Shown: in pieces, positions 43,960 through 53,351 of the stretch
How positions within the stretch are numbered: position 1 is the stretch's first letter
Layout of the letters: every line of letters begins with the position of its first letter
IMG/VR virus record: IMGVR_UViG_3300046786_000293
Location: 274,511 to 338,510 of that record
DNA: 64,000 bases
DNA from: a virus
Lineage: Duplodnaviria > Caudoviricetes
Strand: one strand, 5' to 3'
Position numbers and translations under genes: made by a program
Notes under the pieces: model-generated
The model's database searches: none
What the model was told of the DNA's origin: nothing
The model's input: only the letters and a program-made list of their open reading frames with translations

Positions 43960-44450
43960 TTGCTTGCCCCTTTGCGTTGTTCTTCTATAATTTTATTCAT
44001 GCGGGCTGCTTCATTGTGAACATCGATTGCTTCTTTGGGAATAGGACAAGTCTCTTCGAATTTCACTATCTCTTTAACCCTGTCAACATATTGAACAATG
44101 GTATCCGCTTTTTCTTTAATTACTTTTGTCTTTGTAACAACTTTAGTTTCTACTACCGTATTGACTTTAGCAGATTCTTTTTTTGCTTCCTCTAATTGTG
44201 CTTCTACTTCTTTGACACGTTCGCGCCATTCCATTTCGGTACTATAACCACCTTTAAGATATAGTCCAGTGGCTAAAATTATTACACTAACGACTTGTAA
44301 AAGTAAATGATAATTTGCCAGTACTGGAAATAATCTTAGTAATCTATTAAGTACAAAAAATGTTAAAATGGTACTTATAATACCGATAATCAATATAGTG
44401 TTAACTATAAAGAGCAAAAAGCTGTCAGGCAAAAAGTGCAGGATCCACAT
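43956..44450 (-). CDS. i-spanin (Rz-like)
   Basis: N-terminal TM segments, a coiled coil, C-terminal CPIP; follows the endolysin. Confidence 0.65.
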   Translation of the reverse strand: MWILHFLPDSFLLFIVNTILIIGIISTILTFFVLNRLLRLFPVLANYHLLLQVVSVIILATGLYLKGGYSTEMEWRERVKEVEAQLEEAKKESAKVNTVVETKVVTKTKVIKEKADTIVQYVDRVKEIVKFEETCPIPKEAIDVHNEAARMNKIIEEQRKGASK

Positions 44451-45089
44451 TTAATGTGCTCCGAGAACGTGTAAAGCGTGATTGTAATGTTTTATGCGAT
44501 CTTCTAATCCGATAGTTCCGCCATTGATACGCTTAGTTAATGTTAAGATGTCGCCTTTGTCAGCCCACTGATTTAAGTTATTAGCTTCCCAAAACCAAGC
44601 TGCACTTTGCACACAGCCTTCGAATGTTGTTAAATGCTCTGAAGCTTCTTCAACAGTTTGCTCTGTAGATTGGGCATAACGTGTATAGTTATCTTTGCCT
44701 GTTAATTGAATCAGTCCTCGACCACAATAACGATATCCGTCACCGCTTTCTTCGGGCCCATTGCCCATACGATTGGCGTATATACGATTGGCAATAGCTT
44801 CTTGTTTGTTAGGCTTGGCACAATATTCTTCTGCTAGTGCGTCAGTGGGAAAGTATTTTGCAAATAGTTTGCGTAATGTCGGTGGGCGATAGTTTAAGTT
44901 TTCTTTAATAGCTCTAAAGCTGCCCGACTCATGGGCACATTGCGCTAAAAATGCTGCAACACGCTCTTTAGTATCAATATCGTAGTCTGGCAAAATTATG
45001 CATAATGCTTCGTACCAGTGATCTATATAAGGGTTGTTTGGAACAATTTGTTTTAATTGGGCTAAGGTAAATTCAAATTTGAAGCTCAT
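44451..45089 (-). CDS. glycoside hydrolase family 19 endolysin
   Basis: AAFLAQCAHES, ENLNY, YCGRGLIQLTGKDNY, INGGTIGLEDR. Confidence 0.92.
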   Translation of the reverse strand: MSFKFEFTLAQLKQIVPNNPYIDHWYEALCIILPDYDIDTKERVAAFLAQCAHESGSFRAIKENLNYRPPTLRKLFAKYFPTDALAEEYCAKPNKQEAIANRIYANRMGNGPEESGDGYRYCGRGLIQLTGKDNYTRYAQSTEQTVEEASEHLTTFEGCVQSAAWFWEANNLNQWADKGDILTLTKRINGGTIGLEDRIKHYNHALHVLGAH

Positions 45090-45110
45090 TCATATCTCCG
45101 TTGACATGAA

Positions 45111-45116
45111 TATTTA
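45111..45116 (-). promoter_or_regulatory. late-promoter-like TAAATA box before the lysis cassette
   Basis: GATAAATA about 22 nt upstream of the endolysin ATG. Confidence 0.55.
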
Positions 45117-45134
45117 TCGAATTTTTGGTAAAAT

Positions 45135-45713
45135 TTACTTCAACCCAGCAGCCACTCTTAGACTTTCAGTAAAATCATTAACTGGGGCTTTTTTGTTCAT
45201 TGGAACTCTTGCGGTTTCTTTCATTGCGTCAATTTCGTCAGATTCTACTTCATCTGTTTCACCAAATTTAGCAACATATGCTTCGGGGCTAGTTGGAACT
45301 ATACGATTTATGTTCTCGACGGTGAGGTCATATTCTGAACTATCTTTACGATATTGGAACTTCCACTCGGATATTTTTTGATCTGTTAAGTTCAAAATGT
45401 CTTTTATTAAAGTTTGAATGTTTTTTGCAGATTTCATATCTCTTGCTAGTTCTGCAAAAACTAGATATTCGCCGTCTTCTAATTCACCTGCACTGATATC
45501 TGCATCTAAAATCCATTCGTAGCCTCGCTCAATGAAATTCATTAAATCTTTTGCAGGTTCTTTATTATCGGTTTTAAAACTTAAAACAATAATATCGGCA
45601 TCATCGCCCATTTTGCTTTTAAATTCATCTATATGCAACTTAGGATGTATTAGGCGTTTGAGATCGCCGTGCTCCAGTCCCTCAAACAACTGGCTGTTCT
45701 GGTGCTTGTGCAT
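45135..45713 (-). CDS. hypothetical protein
   Basis: Start MHKHQNSQLFE; IDEFKSKMG motif. Confidence 0.7.
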   Translation of the reverse strand: MHKHQNSQLFEGLEHGDLKRLIHPKLHIDEFKSKMGDDADIIVLSFKTDNKEPAKDLMNFIERGYEWILDADISAGELEDGEYLVFAELARDMKSAKNIQTLIKDILNLTDQKISEWKFQYRKDSSEYDLTVENINRIVPTSPEAYVAKFGETDEVESDEIDAMKETARVPMNKKAPVNDFTESLRVAAGLK

Positions 45714-46227
45714 TTTGCTGTTCCTGATCCTGTTGTACAACATCGTCGTCTAATCCTTGTTCATAGGCTGTCTCGATGTCTTCTGTATCCAATGTTTCGT
45801 TTTCTAATTCGATACTGCCTTGTTGAATGTCACTCATTAACTTCTTAGGCATTGTAATGGTAACGATCCAAATTGGAGTGCTTACTAGTTTAGGCACTTT
45901 TGTTCCAGGTTTAAAATCGTCGGGAGTTTTAACTTTAACTGGATACTCTAAATGGTCACGTTTGAAAGTAATTTCGCAACCGTAGTTTAATAAACGCTCA
46001 CCACCAGCTGGGTCGGGCATTTTTCTAAATGGATACATCCAACTACATGTAACGAAATATTTTTCGTAGATTGGACCTTCAATTAGTTCGCCTAATTTCC
46101 AATTCTTAAACGTATAAACGTCAAGATTATCTAGTACACGTTCGTAGTCTAGTAAAGATTCTAGACTACTATCAGTCATATAGATATCTTTAACGTTTTC
46201 AATAATATCTTTAATATTTGCCGGCAT
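45682..46227 (-). CDS. hypothetical protein
   Basis: 181 aa; preceded by TAAATA at 46238-46233. Confidence 0.7.
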   Translation of the reverse strand: MPANIKDIIENVKDIYMTDSSLESLLDYERVLDNLDVYTFKNWKLGELIEGPIYEKYFVTCSWMYPFRKMPDPAGGERLLNYGCEITFKRDHLEYPVKVKTPDDFKPGTKVPKLVSTPIWIVTITMPKKLMSDIQQGSIELENETLDTEDIETAYEQGLDDDVVQQDQEQQNAQAPEQPVV

Positions 46228-46238
46228 ATAGTTATTTA

Positions 46239-46856
46239 TTATTTTATACCACTTACATGTCTTACAAAGTGGTCCAAATCCTGTGTTTCCGACTGCTGAA
46301 AGTACTTGGCATTGGGATCTTTGATAAGAATTTCGTCTAATACTGCGTCTTCTATATGTATAGGAAATTCTAACTGTCTTGATATACTACGAACATAATC
46401 CCTGCGGTACAGATATAGTAACTCTGTACTTAGGTACACAGGATGTAGAGACTGCAAATAAGGCAAATGCTGCTCAAAACGGTTATAACTAACTGCTCCA
46501 CGCACTCTCGTTTGTTGATACTGTAAGACGTTTTTATCTCTTCCAATAATTGCGATTTTAACGCAATAACCCAATTGACGAGCTTCATTAATAAATTCAA
46601 CATATTTCGGTTCTATTGCTTGACCATCTCTTGCATAAGGACAACTAATGCTAGTCACAGCATAGTTGCCAAAATCAATGTCTTTAAGTAGTTGTGGATT
46701 ATCCCACGCCGCGGCGAACGGTTCTGCACTATGTGGAATCCAATAGGATGTTAACAACTGTTTCCATCCCCACACGCTGTTGTCGGCACTAAACACTTTG
46801 CTCCACAGGTGGTTTCCTGAACCTTGTGGGCCTGTTAGTATTAATAATGTTTTCAT
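46239..46856 (-). CDS. P-loop/sulfotransferase-like protein
   Basis: LILTGPQGSGNHLW N-terminal P-loop-like strand and loop; IIGRD. Confidence 0.45.
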   Translation of the reverse strand: MKTLLILTGPQGSGNHLWSKVFSADNSVWGWKQLLTSYWIPHSAEPFAAAWDNPQLLKDIDFGNYAVTSISCPYARDGQAIEPKYVEFINEARQLGYCVKIAIIGRDKNVLQYQQTRVRGAVSYNRFEQHLPYLQSLHPVYLSTELLYLYRRDYVRSISRQLEFPIHIEDAVLDEILIKDPNAKYFQQSETQDLDHFVRHVSGIK

Positions 46857-47512
46857 CTAGTAGATTTTAGTTCTTGTAAAAACTGTTCAGTTTTTTCGGT
46901 CTTTACCCCAGTCAACTGAAATGTAACTCTAGGATAATGACCGGCATTTGCTGTGCTGTGCGGCATATTAGCCCAGTCAAAAGTTGATACATCCCCGGCA
47001 CGCCATTGGTTCCAGTGATAGTTGCCGTACTCCCAAAACTGTCCAGGTTGCCAGTCTGTTAATTGAATAAAATATCTAGCAACTTTACTTGGATCATCGG
47101 GGCTCCACTTCTGTAGTTTATCGATATGTAAATTCCATACTTGTCCAGGTAACTGTACATGAATACGAGTCATACAATCATCTAGTCCAAATCGATCTAC
47201 GATTTGTTGTAAACTAGCGGGTAATTGCCAGTTTAGATTTGTAATGACCATTTTAGGATCTGCACCTACACGCTCGATGTCATACTCTTCGGCAATCAAG
47301 TCTTCACGAGGAGGTGGAACGCCTTCACCCTTATAACCACGTGTTTCCCATGTTGCAGGTTTACTAGAGTTAACAATTTCTGCAACATCACTGGACCAAG
47401 ATACTCCCGTAATTCGACCAAGATGAGTTAATACATCTTCGGGGTTATCTTTTCTAGTAGAGTCAAAGTGATATGTGCTACGTTCTTTAGTATAATCCCA
47501 ACTTGATTTCAT
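46853..47512 (-). CDS. 2OG-Fe(II) oxygenase (Asp/Asn beta-hydroxylase-like)
   Basis: LHID (HxD) ... HSTAN ... RVTFQLTG facial triad and 2OG-binding Arg. Confidence 0.7.
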   Translation of the reverse strand: MKSSWDYTKERSTYHFDSTRKDNPEDVLTHLGRITGVSWSSDVAEIVNSSKPATWETRGYKGEGVPPPREDLIAEEYDIERVGADPKMVITNLNWQLPASLQQIVDRFGLDDCMTRIHVQLPGQVWNLHIDKLQKWSPDDPSKVARYFIQLTDWQPGQFWEYGNYHWNQWRAGDVSTFDWANMPHSTANAGHYPRVTFQLTGVKTEKTEQFLQELKSTR

Positions 47513-48132
47513 ATTACTACTACCTTTACATCCGCCAATTCGTATACTTGACTGTATTCTTTTGGAGGAGGTTCTAAGCCTAACAACTTACATAACTCAA
47601 GATTATCGTACGGAGCATTAGTTGAATTCATCCCGGCATTGACAATGGCAAGATTTTGACGTTTGATTAATTTCGCCATATGTTTAAGATCTTTAAAGTA
47701 CTCGTGATAATCGGGATAGGTAATATCAAAGTGTCCGCATTTAACCCACCAACCTAAACAAGCATCGTCCCCTCTGTACACTAACACAATGGGAACGTCA
47801 GGGAACAGTTTACGAAGATGTGGTATATGTTCGCTGAAGCAATGACTTTTAATAATACGTATTCCTTGAGGCTCTTTGCTTTGAAAAGGATCTGCAAATA
47901 TTTCTTCAAGTTGCTCGCGATTGAGTGCAGTTAGGTCTTCAGGTAAAGAACTAGCCATGCCTGGATCAAAGTATGCACCTAGATGCATTAGTTCCATTTT
48001 ACCACTAGCATCGTGGTAGTAAGTCCATTCGTCTCGATAATCACTACGGTCGATGCTAGGGCTATAATAGATATTTTTAACCACACTGCTCCATTTACTG
48101 CCCGGGGCTCCAGCAACAAAAATATACTTCAT
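47509..48132 (-). CDS. sulfotransferase/P-loop-like protein
   Basis: IFVAGAPGSKWSSV, IIKSH, LVYR. Confidence 0.45.
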   Translation of the reverse strand: MKYIFVAGAPGSKWSSVVKNIYYSPSIDRSDYRDEWTYYHDASGKMELMHLGAYFDPGMASSLPEDLTALNREQLEEIFADPFQSKEPQGIRIIKSHCFSEHIPHLRKLFPDVPIVLVYRGDDACLGWWVKCGHFDITYPDYHEYFKDLKHMAKLIKRQNLAIVNAGMNSTNAPYDNLELCKLLGLEPPPKEYSQVYELADVKVVVI

Positions 48133-49100
48133 TCTTTACTTAAGTCTATTTTGCTTAGTACTGGGATAAATGTGGTTCTTAGATCATCCATATGCTTTCT
48201 AAGACCTGTAGGAGTAAGTTCGTCTTCTTCAAAGAATACTACTTGTTGTTGACGCCAATCTCTATATTCTTGACTACGAACAGCCGTGCTAAATGTTTTT
48301 TGATACCAATCAACAATATTTTTATCAGTACCAGGGGGAAGTTGTATACTCCATGCAGCATATACATTTATGCCTGGAGCAACATCACGCAACAACGGTA
48401 CATTGGGAAATTGGCTCATTTTACGTGTACCCGTGAAACCTACTGCTTTTACCTTGCCGGCATCCACTAGACCCTTGGCAACAGCAATAGGCATAATACC
48501 AAATTCTGTTCCAGTCTTGCCGTCCCACTGGGCTACACTTTGTACTGCCGGCACAGGCCCATTAAATTTAATTGGCTTTACTTGATTTCTGTTACCGTTT
48601 CCCTTTTCCATGAGATATTCAAAAGCAGTTCTATGTGCACCACCGCCTACAGCAATATTAATAGGTTTACCTGATCCAATATATTTTACAAATTCTTGCG
48701 GCGTATTAATATCGCTTTTGGGATTAGCTACAAGAACTAAAGGACTTTTGCCCATGGTTAATACATCAATAAATGAATCATAGTTGTATTTTTTAATATT
48801 CTTCTCCCAAATATCATTGGTAACATAACTGCTCATATGACTTGGTAAGTTTATTGTATACCCATTTGGGTCTGATTCTAAAAATTTGTTATTAGCAATA
48901 GTACTATCGGCGCCTGGTATATTTTGTACAACATAGACAAATTTAGGATTGTCTTTTTGTACAATTTCTGCTAGTTTACGAAATGCCATTTCGTTGCCAG
49001 CGCCTGGGGTATTGCCCACAATGACTGTTACTGGTTTTGTTGGTTCCCATGCAAATGCAAGGGCAGGTAGTAGTGCTAAAATTGTTAGTATTTTTTTCAT
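48129..49100 (-). CDS. tctC: Bug/TctC tripartite tricarboxylate transporter substrate-binding protein
   Basis: Signal peptide, KPVTVIVGNTPGAG, VQNIPGADS, PLVLVANP, FPNVPLL, PPGT. Confidence 0.85.
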   Translation of the reverse strand: MKKILTILALLPALAFAWEPTKPVTVIVGNTPGAGNEMAFRKLAEIVQKDNPKFVYVVQNIPGADSTIANNKFLESDPNGYTINLPSHMSSYVTNDIWEKNIKKYNYDSFIDVLTMGKSPLVLVANPKSDINTPQEFVKYIGSGKPINIAVGGGAHRTAFEYLMEKGNGNRNQVKPIKFNGPVPAVQSVAQWDGKTGTEFGIMPIAVAKGLVDAGKVKAVGFTGTRKMSQFPNVPLLRDVAPGINVYAAWSIQLPPGTDKNIVDWYQKTFSTAVRSQEYRDWRQQQVVFFEEDELTPTGLRKHMDDLRTTFIPVLSKIDLSKE

Positions 49101-49115
49101 GTTGGTCCTTTGATG

Positions 49116-49175
49116 TAAATACATGTAGAATTTGTAATATCCAAAAAATTTTTTGATAATCTACAAAATTATTTA
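49116..49175. promoter_or_regulatory. divergent pair of TAAATA boxes
   Basis: Plus-strand TAAATA at 49116-49121 (for the 49197 gene); minus-strand TAAATA at 49175-49170 (for tctC). Confidence 0.45.
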
Positions 49176-49196
49176 TCAATTACGGAAAAAAACTCA

Positions 49197-49919
49197 ATGA
49201 ATATGAAAATTTTTAATCTTTTAGTAAAAAATTTAAAAGAGTCATTTAATTTACCAAAGTATCAAGATATAACTATAGACGAAAATACTGTAGTGGACAA
49301 ACTACCTTGGACGCCTGCTCGTTACCGCAAGTTTAAAGATGCGGTAGAAGAAGAACTTAGTTTACCTTGTGACTACGTTGGCACATTAAAAGAAATTACC
49401 CATGATTTAAGCGAGCGATATATACATCGTTTTTTTGCTGAAATTTGGAAACCAAGGACAAATGACTATGATTACACAGGGTGGGGACTTGCAGAAGAAA
49501 TTAACAAACTTAATCCGCGAAGCGTTCTCGATGTTGGCTGCGGCTATCATCCTTTTAAAGGACGCATTAATAACATCGTTGGTATTGATCCTTATAATAA
49601 CTGCGCTGATTACATGGTGGATATTTTGGATTATGTTGGGTCCCACGATGTTATTGTTGCTTTAGGATCTATTAACTTTAACAGCCAAGACGAAATAGAA
49701 TCACGTTTTAAGAAATGTGTTGACTTATTAGATGTTGGGGGTAAATTCTATCTTAGAGCTAACCCTGGCATTACACATAAAACTGGGCCTTATGTGGAGA
49801 TTTTTCCATGGAGTTTTGCTGTAGTTAAAGAATTTGCAGACAAATATAATTTAAAGTTAGAAACTTTTAAACAAGACGCTAACGATAGATTATATTTTGT
49901 TTATACCAAGTTAGCCTAA
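49197..49919 (+). CDS. acyl-carrier-like N-terminal segment fused to a class I methyltransferase
   Basis: VLDVGCG, GIDP, ALGSI; one of two plus-strand genes in the window. Confidence 0.7.
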   Translation: MNMKIFNLLVKNLKESFNLPKYQDITIDENTVVDKLPWTPARYRKFKDAVEEELSLPCDYVGTLKEITHDLSERYIHRFFAEIWKPRTNDYDYTGWGLAEEINKLNPRSVLDVGCGYHPFKGRINNIVGIDPYNNCADYMVDILDYVGSHDVIVALGSINFNSQDEIESRFKKCVDLLDVGGKFYLRANPGITHKTGPYVEIFPWSFAVVKEFADKYNLKLETFKQDANDRLYFVYTKLA

Positions 49920-50046
49920 TACTTATGTCTATGATTCTAAAATTATAGTATCTGATTGCTTTAGTTCTTTGTTTGTAAATACTTCGTGGATTGCATTGTT
50001 GGCAAGTCCGCTAATAATGAAATAACAGTCCGCATAGGAGGACACA

Positions 50047-50781
50047 TTGTCAAAGAGAAGAAGTAGAGATTTTCAGGCACAAGCCATAGAAAATAATGTA
50101 ATAAGTCTAAACACTTATTACAACAACAAAAAGCGTCAAGTTCATCTTTTACCTAAAACCCTAAACCAAGAAGCATATATTAATCTTCTGACAGATCCGT
50201 CAAAGATTATTATTTTTGCCACGGGTCCAGCGGGCACAGGAAAAACGATGCTTGCCATGCTAGCCGGAATCAAAGCGTTAAAAGAGGGGGTGATTACTAA
50301 ACTGGTGCTAACCAGACCGGCAGTTGGTGTAGATGATGAAAAACACGGTTTCCTACCTGGAGATTTAAATCAAAAGATGGAACCATGGACCAGGCCTTTA
50401 TTTGATGTACTTGCTGAGTATTACGACCGTAAGGACATAGCCAGAATGCTAGATGAACAAATCATAGAGATATCTCCCCTAGCATTCATGCGTGGACGGA
50501 CATTTAAAAACTCGTGGATTATTGCAGACGAAATGCAAAACGCGACACCAAATCAGATGAAAATGCTGCTCACACGTTTAGGCGAAAATAGCAAGATGAT
50601 TGTCACAGGTGACACACGTCAAGCAGATAGAAAGGATCCTGACAATGGTCTACTAGACTTTAAAGCCTTAGTAGAAGGCTACAAGCATTGCCAATACGTG
50701 GCAGGCGTCGAATTAACTGGAAAGGATATTCAACGCCACCCCGCGGTAATCGAAGTCTTAAAAATTTATCGGGAGATATAA
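50047..50781 (+). CDS. phoH: PhoH-family ATPase
   Basis: GPAGTGKT, LTRPAV, GFLPGD, LAFMRGRTF, DEMQN, GDTRQAD; TTG start after AGGAG. Confidence 0.95.
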   Translation: MSKRRSRDFQAQAIENNVISLNTYYNNKKRQVHLLPKTLNQEAYINLLTDPSKIIIFATGPAGTGKTMLAMLAGIKALKEGVITKLVLTRPAVGVDDEKHGFLPGDLNQKMEPWTRPLFDVLAEYYDRKDIARMLDEQIIEISPLAFMRGRTFKNSWIIADEMQNATPNQMKMLLTRLGENSKMIVTGDTRQADRKDPDNGLLDFKALVEGYKHCQYVAGVELTGKDIQRHPAVIEVLKIYREI

Positions 50782-50782
50782 T

Positions 50783-51382
50783 TTATTGGTGGGGAGGAAG
50801 ACTCCCCACCACAATCATATTGTAAATATCACGCCAATTTTTAACACGGGGAATATCTGGATGCTCAAATTCCATGTTATGTCCGTGTTCAACTAGTAAA
50901 CTTTTTAGTCCTAGATTATTACCAACTTGGCAGTTTACAATTTTATCCTCTATCCACCAATATCCAGTATTTCGATATTGTTCCAAAACTTCATCTTTAT
51001 CTGCACCAGTATCTAGAAAAATAAACTTTTCAAATGCTGTATTACCGAATAATTTACGCAAATTCATTTTACGTAATTCACATGCATTTTCGTCTCGAGT
51101 GAGACTAGTGATGCAGTGGAACACATATCCATGTTCTTCGTGCAATCGCTTGACATAATACATCGCATCACGTAAGGGAGGTAAGAATCCCATGTGTGCC
51201 GATTCGTTGAAAATTTTGATTAGTTTACGACCTTGGGCTTCGTCGATATCATATCGTTTGCCTATGTTGTATTTAAGTGCATCAACTTTGGTGAAACCAT
51301 GTTGACTCATCCAAACATCAAAAGCATATTCCCAATCTAAAAGTACACCGTCTGCGTCAGTAAGAATAATTTTATTTTTCAT
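50783..51382 (-). CDS. HAD-family 5'-nucleotidase-like phosphatase
   Basis: LTDADGVLLDW (DxDGV), ITS, WIEDK. Confidence 0.8.
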   Translation of the reverse strand: MKNKIILTDADGVLLDWEYAFDVWMSQHGFTKVDALKYNIGKRYDIDEAQGRKLIKIFNESAHMGFLPPLRDAMYYVKRLHEEHGYVFHCITSLTRDENACELRKMNLRKLFGNTAFEKFIFLDTGADKDEVLEQYRNTGYWWIEDKIVNCQVGNNLGLKSLLVEHGHNMEFEHPDIPRVKNWRDIYNMIVVGSLPPHQ

Positions 51383-51388
51383 GTGCTA

Positions 51389-51417
51389 ATTATAGCACAA
51401 TATTAATTCACTGTCAA
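51389..51417 (-). promoter_or_regulatory. consensus sigma70 promoter
   Basis: TTGACA, 17 nt spacer, TGn-TATAAT; the -10 sits inside the inverted repeat TGTGCT/AGCACA. Confidence 0.8.
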
Positions 51418-51653
51418 CGCATACTGCGTTTAACAATGCCAGTAACTGCATCGATTTGACTTTCTAGTCTATTGATTTTTCGTTTTAATTGTGCTATTTC
51501 GATTGCTTGTTGGGTGTTTGTTTGGGCAAGTTGCCCGAACTGCTCACGCCAAGTTTTCATTTCTTTTTCGTGCCCTAGCAATGTGGGACGAGGGGGAGCA
51601 TTAGGATCTACTTCCCGTTTCTTCTTCTTTGCTTGGTACATCGATGGATTCAT
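51414..51653 (-). CDS. hypothetical coiled-coil protein
   Basis: 79 aa ORF. Confidence 0.6.
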   Translation of the reverse strand: MNPSMYQAKKKKREVDPNAPPRPTLLGHEKEMKTWREQFGQLAQTNTQQAIEIAQLKRKINRLESQIDAVTGIVKRSMR

Positions 51654-51963
51654 CTAACTCGTCCTTGTATAATTGTGCTATCAACGGGTTAATATATTTT
51701 GGATAACCTTCTTGATAGTGGGCCAGTAAAGTTACAAAATCTTTATTTTCATTAAAAGTATTCTTAGTAACAATTTGTTCGGTTAAATTAAGAATAACTC
51801 TAGCTAGATTTTGGTCCCTTGTTTTAAGACCTCTAGTAATATTTATAGATTCGTCGTAGTCAAAGTTGGCAGGATCTCGCATATATCCTGCCTCTTTAGT
51901 ACGATTAGGATCTTTAGGTTTGGCACTATAGTAGGCTACTAGATATATATGTTTAGGCTTCAA
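51601..51963 (-). CDS. hypothetical protein
   Basis: 120 aa ORF downstream of the clamp loader. Confidence 0.65.
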   Translation of the reverse strand: MKPKHIYLVAYYSAKPKDPNRTKEAGYMRDPANFDYDESINITRGLKTRDQNLARVILNLTEQIVTKNTFNENKDFVTLLAHYQEGYPKYINPLIAQLYKDELDESIDVPSKEEETGSRS

Positions 51964-52876
51964 TTTGTGCTAACTCCGTAATCGTGGCACTTAGATTAAT
52001 CTCTGGGTCGCCGCACAGGCTATGATTTACATATCCTTTACGGATGATTATTAGCGCTTCGTCCTGTCCTTGATCAGTAGAACTCCAAAGATCCAAGTTA
52101 TCGTACATCCAACGGAATACATCTTCCATTTCTTCTGGACGAGCCTGTTCGCACAAAACTTTTCTAGCCTGTTTAATTTTGCGCTGTTTGAACAAATCAA
52201 CCATTACTAATTTCCAGTCTTGAGTGCCGGCATCTTCTTCTTTAGGATCTAACAACTTGCCGTCTTTACAGTTTGGCTGTAACAGATTCAAACATTTACG
52301 CAAATCCGGATATGTGGCTTTTACATACTTGTCTAGGGTATCTAAGTCAAATTCCATGCCTTCAGTGACTAATACTGTTGCGGCTCGTGCAGTAAATTCA
52401 ACAGGATCGGTTTTATGGATCAACAATTCTGTGCATCGAGATTTCAACGGAGCAATAATCCTATGTGCCAAATTGCAAGTAAGAATAAAACGTGCTTGTG
52501 CTTGGTAAGTTTCCATCAATCCACGCAACAAACCTTGTGCGTTTGGACTTAGATAATCTGCTTCATCTAACAATACAATTTTAAGATGTCCGAAAGGCAA
52601 TGTACTTACAAAGCCTTCGATTTTTGTTTTAAGAAATTCTACTCCGTTATCGCGACTTGCGTTAACTTGTAAAAAGTCATAGTCGTCAATACCAAGTTGG
52701 TTTACTAAGATTTTAGCCAAGGTAGTTTTGCCAGTGCCTGCAGGTCCATGGAGCAATAAGTGCGGGATTGCACCTTCTTTAATCCAGTCTTCTACCTGTT
52801 CTTTTACAGCTATGTCAGTAAACACATATCCGCTGACCTCTTTAGGTCTATATTTTTCAGTCCACAATTCTTTCAT
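51953..52876 (-). CDS. gp44: clamp loader AAA+ subunit (RFC small / T4 gp44-like)
   Basis: WTEKYRP, GPAGTGKT, NASRD, LDEADYL, SRC motif. Confidence 0.93.
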   Translation of the reverse strand: MKELWTEKYRPKEVSGYVFTDIAVKEQVEDWIKEGAIPHLLLHGPAGTGKTTLAKILVNQLGIDDYDFLQVNASRDNGVEFLKTKIEGFVSTLPFGHLKIVLLDEADYLSPNAQGLLRGLMETYQAQARFILTCNLAHRIIAPLKSRCTELLIHKTDPVEFTARAATVLVTEGMEFDLDTLDKYVKATYPDLRKCLNLLQPNCKDGKLLDPKEEDAGTQDWKLVMVDLFKQRKIKQARKVLCEQARPEEMEDVFRWMYDNLDLWSSTDQGQDEALIIIRKGYVNHSLCGDPEINLSATITELAQIEA

Positions 52877-53166
52877 ACGTATACGTCCAAGTTTGTTCCT
52901 AAGCTAGTATTATATCGATACATGTAATAAAATAGATTCTTTTTGAGATTTTCGTAGTTTTTAATAGTTTCAATATCTTTAACTAAGTTATAATGTTTTA
53001 GTTTTTGTTTAGATTGTACAAGATCTTGCTGTTTAATGCCATAGTAATCTGCCCAATCGTCTTGCCATTTCTTCTGCATTTCTGCTCGTTTTTCATTTTT
53101 ACGTGCAGCCATTTCTACAGTGTCAAATTTGAAATGAGGATATGCAATTAAAGGAACAGTCATCAT
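52873..53166 (-). CDS. hypothetical protein
   Basis: 97 aa AT-rich ORF. Confidence 0.55.
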   Translation of the reverse strand: MMTVPLIAYPHFKFDTVEMAARKNEKRAEMQKKWQDDWADYYGIKQQDLVQSKQKLKHYNLVKDIETIKNYENLKKNLFYYMYRYNTSLGTNLDVYV

Positions 53167-53351
53167 ACATTGTTTCTTCCGATTCTACTATAGCCAAGTT
53201 CGCTTTTAATTTCTCGTCGAGATTCTTTAAGTTCCTTATTATATGCTTCTATGACTAACATAGCAAACTTTTCGGCGTTATCTACACTCATCCATTTGCC
53301 GCTAATATCGGTGCCGGCTTTTTGCATAAGGTCTTTAATTGTTTGATTCAT
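53163..53351 (-). CDS. hypothetical protein
   Basis: 62 aa ORF with overlapping start and stop. Confidence 0.6.
   Translation of the reverse strand: MNQTIKDLMQKAGTDISGKWMSVDNAEKFAMLVIEAYNKELKESRREIKSELGYSRIGRNNV

Noticed and set aside
46853-47512. Prolyl hydroxylase for the collagen fibre
   Set aside because: The fibre has Pro at the X position, not the Y position that is hydroxylated in collagens, and the enzyme looks more like the Asp/Asn beta-hydroxylase type.
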